A stretch of 64,000 bases of DNA, from NCBI GenBank assembly GCA_051294375.1, contig CM119266.1, positions 3,290,030-3,354,029 on the forward strand. The letters run 5' to 3'. This stretch comes from Paraspadella gotoi. Taxonomy: Eukaryota > Animalia > Chaetognatha. This document shows positions 15,978 to 28,400 of the stretch, one piece after another (the stretch's first letter is position 1; each line of letters opens with the position of its first letter). The position numbers and the translations under genes are program-made. The notes below the pieces were generated by a model. It saw nothing but the letters and a program-made list of their open reading frames with translations, was not told where the DNA came from and searched no databases.

Positions 15978-17143
15978 TAGGGTTAAAATACTAGGGTTAA
16001 GGTTTTAGCTTGGCATGAGATAAAAGGTTAGGGTTAGGGCTAAAAAAAATGGCCTGCTGTAAATGATGTAAGATTGTAAAAAGATAAATTAATTAGGGTT
16101 AGGGTTTTTATTAGGGTTACATTCAGGGTGAATGGGAAGGCTTATTATATTAGGGACCAACTCCAAGATAATATAAAATTTCGACTATAAGCAAAGTATT
16201 TTTAGTTATCTTGACTAAATATTTTAAGCAATCATTTTCCAAAAAAATTTACATTATACGTCTTGATTAATATATTAAATATTATTTGTCTTTTTTTACA
16301 TTATAAATTTTTTTTTTTGAAATCTTAAAATTTTTTGATGGATTCTGATAGAGCATAAAAAGTCAAACAAGAAATATAATTACAGCTTTTAAAATTTTTT
16401 ATGTTTTAATAGTGAAATATAAAAAAACTGATAAAATTATCGAAAGATGATGATGATGATGATGATTTTTACGGTTTTTCTTATTTTTGACTCACTTATC
16501 ATGAAAATATTTAAAAAAGAATTATACTTTGTGCAGACACAACTTTTTATGAGCTATCTGAATCTGGTCTTAAAATTTAAAAATTATGAAAAAAATTTTT
16601 TGGCCTTTCCTATTTATAATAAATATTAAAAAATTAATTATTTGGGTATAGAGGCCACATAAGAAATGTTTTGTCTATTGAAAGTATACTTCAAAATGTA
16701 TAAATTTTTCGTTTTAGCATGTAATCATTCAAAATTTTTGACTCACCCTATTGAGTGGGCTACCCCTAATTATATCCCCATTATTCCTGGCCAGTCCCTT
16801 TTCAAACCCTAAACTTGGCCCAATGCTTTTTGTCTATCACTTAGTCCGACCTTTAATATAAAAAGATTAGACAGGATGCCCGAGTATGGTTATTCCTTTC
16901 AAGCATATAATATACTATGAAGAAGTAAACTAATATGATAAGTTTTATTGTATATTTTTGAATTCATTAATTAAAAAGTTAAAAAAAAAGTTTTAAAAAA
17001 ATTAAAGTAAATTTAGTTTTTATCTTTTAAATGAGATATCTTTCAACCATATGTAATAAAAATTATATAAAAAGTTATATAATATAAAAATTAGTAAGCA
17101 AAATAATTGTTATTATTATTATTATTATTAATTATTATTGTTC

Positions 17144-17793
17144 TATGGTGGACTAAATCCACCAACCGTTCATCAGCGGCCATTGGTGCCGGAGGCAAGT
17201 CATTTGCCTCCCAACCCAAAGGTCCGGGGTTCTAGCCCGGTGGTCGTCTGGCAGTTAAAAGGGATGGGGTGCTTAACCCGCCTGTAACATGGTGTTACAG
17301 CCTGATCCGAAGCTCAGGGACTGCTTATATTGAACGGTTCTGTCATTAACACTTATCAATAATTACTGTCTCTTCATTGGTGAGCCCGACTTCCGAACAC
17401 AACAGCAACAATAACACTTTCAGGCGACATGCCTCAACCTGGCGATGCACTTTCCGCCCACAATACATCAGGTGACATGCCTCAACTTGGTGACGAACTT
17501 TCCACCAACAACAACAATTCACTGAAGAGACGCAACAGACTCCTCCCTACGGGAGGGGGGGATGTATGGTGGACTAAAACCACCAACCGTTCATCAGCGG
17601 CCATTGGTGCCGGAGGCAAGTATTCGCCTCCAACCCAAAGGTCGGGGTTCTAGCCCGGTGGTCGTCTGGCAGTTAAGAGGGATGGGGCGCTTAACCCGCC
17701 TGTAACATGGTGTTACAGCCTGATCCGAAGCTCAGGACTGCTTATATTGAACGGTTCTGTCATTAACACTTATCAATAATTACTGTCTCTTCA
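17144..17793 (+). mobile_element. TRIM (miniature non-autonomous LTR retrotransposon) with tRNA-like sequence in its LTRs (Helenus-type)
   Basis: LTRs 17144-17376 and 17565-17793, both ending CA. PBS TGGTGAGCCCGAC at 17378-17390. PPT GGGAGGGGGGGA at 17551-17562. 4-bp TSD GTTC (17140-17143 and 17794-17797). tRNA-like segment at 17176-17247. Confidence 0.85.
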
Positions 17794-19069
17794 GTTCAAA
17801 ATATATTATTGAAAAGCTTTGCCTTTAATCAGTCTGCAAATGGTTGCTGTATTAAATAAGCCAAAACATATTAAAGGATAAATTTTACTTCATAATAAAG
17901 TATTTATAATAAATTTAATAGATTAAAAAAAAAGAATTATTATTATTTACTTAATCTTATGTATAATAAATATATGATATTATATAAATTATAAAAATCA
18001 GTATTATATATTTTTAAATTTTTTTTTATTTAATAATTATAATCTTATTTTATTTTTATGGAGCTGGAGCCGGGCATTTTTATTTCGGCTCCGGCTCCAG
18101 CTCCGGCTCCGGTCAAAAATTTTTCGGCTCCGGCTCCAGCTCCGGCTCCAGCCAGATAAAGATTCTGGCTCGGCTCCGGCTCCGGCTCCGGCAAAAAAAG
18201 CTCGGCTCCGGCGGCTCCAGCTCCGGCTCCGGCTCCGGCTCCACATCCTGATCATGACAACCTGGTCAAATAATAATTTTGCTGTTAGCTTGTACTAGGG
18301 ACATTAAGATTAGGGTTGGGGCTTGCAAATGAATAAAAGGCCTGGGTTTAGGTTGGGGGAGAGGTTAAGGGTTAAGGTTGAGTGGGAGGCTTGCTAGCCA
18401 CAAAGACCAAAGCGCCTTCTATCTAATTAGCTTCTTTCTTTTTATATCATTTGGCAAACCTTTAAAGACCCATATCTTGGCTTAAGGATTAAATATTTAA
18501 AACCCCTTAGTTCTCTTTGTATTACCAAATCATACTTTCCAATAAAATCTTATTAGAATTTGTAGAGTAATTTGGTCAGGGACGATTTAGCTTAAAAAAT
18601 TAATGTCTAATTTTAAGTATTTCATTATAATAATTTTTTAACCTTATTTATAAACCACAACAAAAACTTAGTAATAAGGTTATTAAAACATTATTTTGAT
18701 TAATTTAAGTATGCTGGCTGAATAACAGCTCATTTTTTTCCAAAAATTCTAATTTTTAAAACCGGAAGTGATACGACGCAAAAACTGGCGTGGAAAATCC
18801 ATCAAGAGCATTCAGGGGATATTTTTTATTGTGATATTCGTTTTCCCACTAAATTTGGCACAAGAAACTTTTGCAGGTATCAGGAACTTTCAAAATGCAT
18901 GGTATTTCTGGGAGCTCTAGTCGTCAGCTTGGTCCGTCATCTTCGTCATCTAAGTCGTCAGCTTGGTCGTCATCATATTCGTCTCCATCGTCGAAGATGA
19001 GTTTTTATCGTGGGAAGATGACGTCATTCCTCGTTTCTGGTCAAAGTTGGGAAGGAAATTCGCGGGCGA

Positions 19070-19800
19070 AGGAAGAAGAAAATGGAGGAAGAAAAAATGA
19101 ATGGAGGAGGAAGAAAATAGATGAGAAAATAGGGAAAAAAGAATAAGAAAATGGCGGAAGAAAAAATGAATGGAGGAGGAAGAAAATAGATGAGAAAAAA
19201 GGGAAAAAAAGAGAAAGAAAATGGCGGAAGAAAAAATGAATGAAGGAGGAAGAAAATAGATGAGAAAAAGGGAAAAAAAGAGAAAGAAAATGGCGGGAAA
19301 AAAATAAATGAAGGAGGAAGAAAAAAGATGAAGAAAAAAGAGAAAAAAAGAGAAAGAAAATGGCGAAAGAAAAATGAATGATGGAGGAAGAAAATAGATG
19401 AAAAAAAGGAAAAAAAAGAAAGAAAATGGCGGAAGAAAAAATGAATGAAGGAGGAAGAAAATAGATGAGAAAAAAGGGAAAAAAAGAGAAAGAAAATGGC
19501 GAAAGAAAAAATGAATGAAGGAAGAAGAAAATGGCGGAAGAAAAAATGAATGAAGGAGGAAGAAAATAGATGAAAAAAAGGGAAAAAAAAAGAAAATGGC
19601 GGAGGAAAAAATGAATGAAGGAGGAAGAAAATAGATAAGAAAAAAGGGAAAAAAAGAGAAAAAAATAGCGGAAGAAAAAATGAATGAAGGAGGAAGAAAA
19701 TAGATGAGAAAAAAGGGGAAAAAAGAGAAAGAAAATGGCGGAAGAAAAAATGAATGAAGGAGGAAGAAAATAGATGAGAAAAAATGGAAAAAAGGAAGAA
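19070..19800. repeat. Purine-rich tandem repeat, unit about 68 bp
   Basis: Recurring AAAATGGCGGAAGAAAAAATGAATGAAGGAGGAAGAAAATAGATGAG unit. It explains the Phe-rich spurious ORFs. Confidence 0.85.
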
Positions 19801-22654
19801 AATTTCGAAGAAAAGAAAAGAGAATGAAAAAGGCGGAGGAAAAAAAATAGGAAGAAAATGACGAAAAAAAAGAAAAAGAAGGAAAAGAAAATTTGTGGAG
19901 GAAGAAAAAGTAGAGGAAAAAAGGAAAGAAAAAAATAAAGGAGAAAAGAAACAAGTTTGAGTAAACAATGTCGGCTGATGATAAATAATAAATGATGATA
20001 AATCACGATAATTCTTTGAAATTTGTGATCCTAACTAATCATAACAGATGGTACTATACCATACCAAACCATTGGCTGCGGGATTAAACGGAACTGTTAT
20101 TATGGTAGAAATAATTCAAAATAAAGAACAATTTTTTTTTTCAACAATTGTTATTTTTTCAACTTCCATAATTTTTTCAACTTGTATCTTTTTTTTTTCA
20201 ACTGGCATCTTTTTTTTTCCGCTTACATCATTTTTTTTCAACTGACATCATTATTTGTCAACTGACATCATTTTTTTTAACTGGCATTATGCGGAAAGTT
20301 GGCATGTGGCGCCGCTGGTATCTCACTAGGCGTGGCGGACGCTTAGCCTAGAGACGCTAAGATTCCGCGCGTAGGGAATCGCGGTGCTGAGAGGACGAAG
20401 CTGATTGAAATATTTGAAATACTTTATCGTTTTGGGTTTTTTCCCTAATTTTGCGACCTAGCAAGCTGGAGCCATAGATGTAAGAGTGATATGATAGAGA
20501 TCATATACAATAACAGTAAACTCACATCATTTTTTAAAATTTATATAATTTCTTCAATTTGCATCATTTTTTTCAATCTGCATCATTTTTTAATTTTCAT
20601 CATTTTTGACCTTTTGATATTTTGACCTTTTTGACAAGAGCGAGGATGCATCACTAAAACTTATGTGATACTACTGATATATAGAAACATTTAGGAAAGA
20701 TATTTTTTTGGACTATACTGCTTTATCCAATATGTAATTAAATTTATTCATAATATTATTTTTATTATTTTATAATTTTAAAAAAGAGTTTGCAAGCGCA
20801 ACTAAGTAAACTCACTTAATAGAATCTTTATCTTGCATGAAGATGAATTAATTTTAAAATATTTTTATTTTCATAATATCCGAATAACTTGATAATGATA
20901 CACAGCTTGATATGATTTTAAACCTGTAGGTTTGCGTATGTTAACACTATAAATTTACATTAGAAATAACAAATACAACGGCAAGATCCCACAACCGAAC
21001 GTGACACTAAAAATCTTAAAAGTATAGTGATCTCGCCAAACGTTACTATCTAAGAAAATTAATGAAAAAAATCCGGAGAAAACAAATATTTTTATTTTCA
21101 TCATAATTTTTTTTAAATAGCAGTAATTACTATATTATAATTTACATATTGCAGTAAATCATAATGAAATGAAAATTCAAACAAAAAATACTTGAATCGA
21201 TATGAAACCAAAAAAATGGATATACATGTCAAACTGCCTCACTGTTTCACTAATTGAACTTGATAACTAGATACATCGTTTGTAGTTAAACCATAAACGT
21301 GCAAAAAAGATAGAAATTGTTTATTATTATTGTAGTGGCGAGCTAAAATAAGACAGTGCTTCAACCTGGACTGTGATACAATGATAATTATTTACTGATA
21401 TGATGATAATTATTCCCTGATGTGATAATAGTTTTTCTTTGATGTGATGATAATCCTTCATTGATGTGATAATAGTCAATCATTGATGCGATGATAGTAA
21501 TTCACTGATGCAATGATAAGCATTCATTGATTCGATGATAGTCATTCACTGATACGATGATAGTCATTCATTAATACGATAATAAGCATTCATTGCGATG
21601 ATAGTCATTAATTGATGTGATGAATCATTCATCGTAAATAAAACGTGTATGAGTGAGAGAGAGAGAGAAAGAAAGAGAAAAAGAGAAGTCCAACCGCTGC
21701 AGAGCTGAACTCGTTTTTTTAGACGAATCAGAAGACGTAGTGCCTAACAAAAGAATGAAAAATATATATATAATTAAAAATTGTTACAATTTTTTAAATT
21801 GTAAGTTATAGAAGTATATATTTTTATTTATATTAAAATTTAGATATATCTTCTCATCAAAAAGGTTTTTTAAAATCATATGTTTCATATTGATTCAAGT
21901 ATTTTTTGTATGAATTTTCTCTTCAATATGATTTATTGCAATATGAAAATTAGAATATAATATTTTATATACTAATTTTTATATTTATAAAAAGTAATTT
22001 GCACATTGCAGTAAATCATAATGAGAAAAAAGATTCAAACAAAAAATACTTAATTACATATAATACATGACAATTGCAAAGATCTTAAAGATGAGAAGCC
22101 ATATTCTATATTTTTAACTTACTATGATCGTACACTTTTATAAAAATTCATCGTAATTCATAGTAGTTTTTATTAAAAAAAAAAATGTAAGCCCCAGTCA
22201 AAACTATAACTATAAAGCGTGATGCAGACGACAACGACGACGTCGTCACAAAGAAGCTAAAGCGATCCAAAATGGCGAGATAACAGGTTGACTCATTACG
22301 TCAGTTAAAATTTATAACAAATGAAGGAAAAGTCTTCATAAAAAGAGAAGATTATGAGAAAAAAAATTTTCTTAAGGGGTGAAAGAAAATGAAATTTTCA
22401 TTAAATACGTATATTGTATAGTGTATAAAGACACGACTATGTGCTTTAAAAAACTGTTTCCACGTAAAAACTATGCAATTTGGCGAGACACAGTCAAAAT
22501 ACATAATAATCGATGTCGGACAGAAAGAGAATAAAAGTATGTAACAACATAATTTGAAACCCATAACATAAAATGAAATAATCAAGTTAAAAAACGAAAA
22601 ATCAGTCAATCAATCAAATAACTCAGTCAATCAATCTTTCAATTACTCAACCAA

Positions 22655-24734
22655 TCAACTCGCGAGCCCCAACACAGGATAAGCCAGATCTCCGACGTGA
22701 AGAAAAGTGAAAGCTCTCGTCATCGCGATTCTCTCGATGAGCTTCTGCTGCGCGGACACGCCCCTTTCCGGTCGCACGACCAGGATCCAATAGATCAAGA
22801 AGACGAAAGTGATTCCCATATCGACGAGCATCAACGTTCCCGTCCACTGAAAGAAATGACCGAAGATGTTGAAGTCGTTGCGGAGATTCAGCACCGCCTC
22901 CGACGTCGTCGTCGGCATCTGCACCTCCACCGGCAAATCGTCCGTCCGCACCGGAAATAGATTCAGTGCCTTCAGCCGCGCCACCAGCGGCGCCTCCAAC
23001 TCCGGCGCCGTCACGTGATAAGAGACGATGGGGTTGTTGAAGGTCCGATTCTGATGGAGATGAAGAGTCATGCGGTTCCGGGTGAGTTCCTGACACGCTT
23101 GTGACCCTTCCAAATTACGGTAGATCAGAAGATAGAATGGCATGTGAGCCGCCAAGGGCAGGAAGATTGAGAGCACCCTCAGGGCCCAGCGGGGAAGGAT
23201 ACGCCGCAGCGGAGTCGCGTCAGGCAGCAGCAGCCTGAAGATGGAGAAGAAGGCGAGCATTTGCATCTCTTTGAAGGAGGCGTTGCTGCCTTCTTCCTTG
23301 TAATTGTTGGCGAGGAAAGTGGAGAGAACGAGGGATGTGCCGAGCGAGATGAGAAAGTAGAACCACGTGATTAAATAGAATCCGGCCTTGACAGCGGCGC
23401 TCTGCAGACTCTTGACGTGACGAAGGTTGTTTACGGCGCCGAGATGCGTCATGGCGAAGGAGATTTGCAGGACTGAGGAGACGACTTGTACGAAAGGGAA
23501 GATCACTTCGAATTTGAGCTTATTGGTGGAGCAATCGCTGACGAAGCATCTCATAGGAGTCGTCAGGGTGTACTTGCTGGCGTAGGCTTCGGGGTAACAA
23601 TGCTCCACTCCCTCCGCCACCCAATTGTCGCAGTTGCAATTGACGGTGGTGAGTCTCGATCCCTTTTGGACAGAGTATGCCTCGAATCGATCCGTTCGCT
23701 CGAACCAGCTCGTCGAGTTAATGTCATAGCGGAGGGTGTCCTTGTCCGGGATGCAGACGTCCTGCTTGCCCAATTGGCCGGAGAGGATGTACATCTGAAG
23801 GATGCCTTGGCCGAGGGATTCGCAGACGAGCTCGGCGACGGCCAACTTCATCAGGAGGCGAAGGGTCTTCTCGTATTTGTGGCGCTGCTCGAAGGTCTCT
23901 TCCTCGTTGCGGCGGAGCGCCTTGTAGATCTGGAAGTTGTCGAGGAAAAGATCGAGTTGGATGAGGATGGGGCTGACGTTGAAGAACATGCAGACGAAGG
24001 TGAAGCATCTGGAAAGAGGGGATTTAAGACACGATTTTAATCTCATTTGCATATTGTAGTAAATTGGCCTATATGAATTGTTGCTCAATACTTGAACGGT
24101 CATCACGTCATGGATATCATTTAACGGCGTCATATAAAGTCACGAAACATAAGAGTGATATAATATTGCCCAAAAAAACTGACTTATTTGTATCTCTAGA
24201 CAGTCATATTAGGTTAGGATATTATTTTCGTTCGACTTTAGGTTTTGCTTTATATTTCTTTTTCAATCTTATCTCCCTAAATGGTAAGTATTTGGTATTT
24301 TTCAGTTTCCTACGTTTGATAATTAAATAACGTCGTTTGAAGATTATGTGTCAATGGACTTTATCAGGATAAGTTAGATATAAAAGATATTTTCAGTAAG
24401 AGAGAGAGAGAGAGAGATAGACACGCACACAAACAGCATCCTCACCTCCTCAGCTTGGTTTTGGTCAGCCTCTCAAAGGTGGCGCTCTCTTTCTCCTCGA
24501 ACAAGATCGTCATCGCGGCGATGGTCGAAGTCACGACGGAACTGAGCAGAATCAGCGCCAAGGTCGCCATCCCCCAGTGGGCGTCGCCGGAGATGATGTA
24601 GGTGACGCAGGCCAAGTAGTCCGTCGCGACGTCCATCATGTAGGAGAAGCTGGAGTAGAGAGGGAGGACGAGGAGCTGGATGCTCACGATCCACATCCGG
24701 TCGCGATTGAAGGCGGAGCGGGAATGCAGCGGAC
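22655..24734 (-). CDS. XK-related (Xkr/CED-8 family) domain, last two exons of the large gene
   Basis: Exon 24446-24734 (D-V-x-T-D...Y...GD..W...TL) splices in phase 2 to exon 22655-24008 (E...ES.xQ..LQ.YI plus several hydrophobic helices). Confidence 0.8.
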
Positions 24735-25423
24735 CTTGAAGTTTTTGGTTAATTAGTTAATTAGTTCATTAAGTTTAAGTTTAACGCAATAAAACAACAA
24801 AATTATTAATGAGCTTTTCATATCATCAACGATAGTAACCAAATGCAGCAGGCGGCTGCATCCCCCTCTCACTCCTCCTTCCAGCGGACGCAGGAGCAGC
24901 GGCGAAGCCGCAGGAGTGAAACAAAGGACCTCACCATGAAAAGGAACCTACCCAAAGCTCAATGGCCTCACTAAAAACTAACAACCAATGAGAAACTTGT
25001 ATATGGCCATGAGCTGAAGGAAGAACCAATAAACAATGAGTGAGGGTTCATAGTGAAGGGATAAAATGGAATACTAAAGGATGCAGAAGTAGAAGTTTGG
25101 AGTGAAGATTCATTCTCTCTCACGTCGATCTAAAGATCAGACATATTGTCTTAAACTGTCTTTTAGAAACTCTGTTCTCTGCCTAATAAAAGGAAACATT
25201 ATAATTACACATTTCGCTTCAATTACTATTTGATTATTCACTTTCGTTCACGATATATTCAATAATGGAAAAATTTAAAGAAATTACATAGTTAAAAAAA
25301 TAAATAAAATAAAACAAATAAAAATAAACGAAAAGAAATAAATATAAAATTAAAAGTTAAAAAAATAAAGTTGTCTAAAAAATAAAATAATAAAAATACA
25401 ATAATAGTATTATTAATAAAAGA

Positions 25424-25458
<35 letters not shown>

Positions 25459-28400
25459 TAACAATAAAGTGACATAGTTTACCATTTAAATGTTTTACCT
25501 TGATTGGAGTCGTCGTCTTCGTTTGAAGAAGAATTGAGTTCGTAGTTGTTGTTGTTGTTGTTCTTCTTCTTTTTGTGTCCGCGATTTTTGAATGAGTCAC
25601 CGATGGCGCCGAAGAGACTCTTTCTGCTCTTTTCGCTTTTGCCTCGAGTCATCAATGAGGTGGCGCCGTTCAACGCCGCGCCGCCTTGTGACCTGCAGGG
25701 TGATAATTGTATGTTTGACGATTTCAACCAATTGATGAACCTATCACAAAAACTAGAGAGGATATTTTTTTAAAAGTCATCACATGCACTGTGAATAGTA
25801 TAAGTAGTAATTGTATTTTCACTATGGAGAGGCAGTGCAAGTACAAAAAATTTATTTTTTGCCAAATATTTTAATTTTTTTTTTTAAATCATTTTTTTTT
25901 CAGAAAAACAAATAAGAGAGAGACTAAGAGAGAGAGAGACAGATTGAGCCAAAACTTTAAATGACCAGAAGACCCAAAATTGGGTCGTTCTTGTTAATTC
26001 TTTTACCACTGATTATGACTTAAAAAATAAGTCAAAATATTAGGCAAAAAATACCTGACTCTCCATAGTGAAAATACAATTAATACTTAGAGTAAGAGAG
26101 GATAAAATATGTAAAAAAAATTAAAAACTGACAGAACAAACTTTTTAAAAGCTTTAATTATTAAAAATTATTAAAAATATTTAATAAAAAATATTATTCA
26201 CAAATAACTTCATTAAATTAAATTATAAAAATTATTTCAAATTTCTTTAATTAATTCTAATTAATTTATAATAGTATTTATAACATATTTTACATATACT
26301 AATCCTAACATTTTACTTTTATATAAAAAAAAATATATATTTTTTTACCAATATAATTTTTAGTGTCTTGTTCTAAAAATATCACCCTGTATTTTCGTCG
26401 CTCTCGGCGCTTCTCCTCCCGTCCTCCTCTTCATCCTTGGTCACGTGACCGTTCGTCGTCGCCTCTTCGTCCCTGGTCACGTGACCGTTCGTCGTCGCCT
26501 CTTCGTCCTTGGTCACGTGACCGTTCGTCGTCGCCTCTTCGCCGTCGCTCTTGAATCCGCCGTTGACGATCCCGTTGCTCTTCTTCGTCGTCTCCTTCTT
26601 CTTTTTCTCCTTCTTCTTCTTCTCGGCTTCGATCATCTTCTCCCTCTTCCTCTCTTCCTCCTCCTTCTCCTCCTCCTCTTGCCTCTTGTCCCTCCCTCGA
26701 CACATCGGGCCCACGGCGAAGGACAGACCGACCAAGATGACGAGCAGCGCCGGCAGCGCCAACATGGCGCCGTAGCGGAACCACTGCTGCAGCTCCTCGC
26801 GACCGCAGATGACGAGGGTGTAGGCGGTCGGGGGGTTAACGTCTTAATGTTGGGGGGGGGGGATGTCAGTGGGTTAGTCAATATGGAAGTGGGAATGTCA
26901 GTGGGGAAAAGTTGACAGATTTTTGTGTATTTGTATATATGCAGTATTATACACAGATATTTCTACATTTCTAAACTGAATACCCATTATCCACCCATTT
27001 TTCTTCCCCCTTTTCTTTTCCAATTTGGCTATATTTTCCAAAAGCACTCCATTTCTGCTTAACTTCAAAATTAAAGGTTAGATTAGGGATTAAAATAAAG
27101 GATTAAAATATTTTTTAGGAAAAATAGTTTTTAATAAACAAACAACGAGTTTATTTACAAAATTATTCGGACATGTTTCGACTCTTATTTAGGGTCTTCA
27201 TCGTCTATTAAAAACTATTTTTCCTAAAATTCCAAAATGCAATAAATCGAAAGTAAAATCAATACAAGGATTAAAATATAATATTATTATTAGGTATCAG
27301 GTTTAACAATTAGGGTTAAGTATTAAAGATTAAGGATTAGGTTAAAATTTTTTTAACAAATAATGATATATTTATTTAATAGACATAATAAAATAAATAT
27401 AGTTATTTATTAAAAATAAAAACTCTCTGCTTTGTATACAAATTCTGAAATGCAATGGAAATAAAAGAAATTATATAAATATAAAGATTAGAATTAAAAA
27501 AGAAAAAAACAGAAAAATAGTGGCAACGGATGTTTATTGCCGTTCACCTTTAACGTTTTGAATTTGGTCAGCTCCATCTACCTGAAGGATCCTTACACTC
27601 GACGAAGATGCGCTTGGGTCGATCCGGTTTCTCCGCAAACTCTTCTTCTCTCTTAACTTTATTCGGCAAAACTTTTCCATCGATCTTCCAAACGTAAGAA
27701 TCGTTGACGTTGGTTTTCGCGCATTTGAGTCGAATCGATTGGCCGTAGTTAATCTCTTGGACTCCTCTCAAATTGATTCTTGCTTCTGTTCTCTCGTTCT
27801 TCCAGTCACCGATCCGAGCGGAATTGTTGACCCTGCAAACGAAGTTAATCCCGTCGCTGGTGAAAATGTCCCGAGTCGCCTGATCCAGGATTAGATCGTA
27901 ATCTAGCCGCCTGCCCGTCGTCGGCAGGACTTTGATCGCGTCGACCAGCTCGTACGACCACTCGTACCGCGCCTTTTCCGCGTATTCGCACTCGAGGTCA
28001 ATATTGACTTTCGTCTGAGTGGATTTGATGAAAACCTCCAGCTCGTCGACAACTCCTCGCTGATTCGGCGGAAATATTCGCGGGGGACAATCGAAGAGAC
28101 GCTTTTTCGTGTCGACGACGGAGCAGACTTGAAAATCTGAACAGAAGAGCGGTTCACTGCAGACGGGAAGACATTCCGCTGGGGAGTTCATCTTCAGGTC
28201 GCTCACTCCCAAGCGCTCCTCGTAATCGCAGGCATTGGTCGACCCGGACAAAAAGTTGCCTTCAGCGCATTCCTTGACGCAATCGTACTGACAGGCAATT
28301 CCTGAAAGTTATTACTTTAAAACTTGATGACGTGGCAACGTATTCACGATCGCCCCCCTGACAGTTGCATTATCTTTTCCTATCAAGCGGCCTCGGGTTC

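Larger units (their letters stand above)
13271..18250. mobile_element. Non-autonomous hAT-type DNA transposon
   Basis: TIR CAGGATGTGGAG / CTCCACATCCTG, perfect 8-bp TSD ATCATGAC (13263-13270 and 18251-18258), subterminal (GGCTCC)n arrays at both ends. Confidence 0.85.
12209..18919. mobile_element. Foldback/Mutator-like non-autonomous DNA element with long imperfect TIRs (over 500 bp)
   Basis: 12209-~12770 is an imperfect reverse complement of ~18365-18919. Flanks GTCGTCAGA and GTCGTCAGC form a probable 9-bp TSD with one mismatch. The element interrupts the 33-bp minisatellite, which resumes at 18920. Confidence 0.7.

Noticed and set aside
17176-17247. Functional tRNA gene
   Set aside because: D and anticodon arms are non-canonical, and the unit sits inside LTRs with PBS, PPT and TSD.
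18950-20006. Three overlapping Phe-rich ORFs over 300 aa
   Set aside because: Produced by a stop-free ~68-bp purine tandem repeat.
20288-20515. Possible solo LTR (TG...ACA, GC-rich start)
   Set aside because: No TSD and no second copy in the window.
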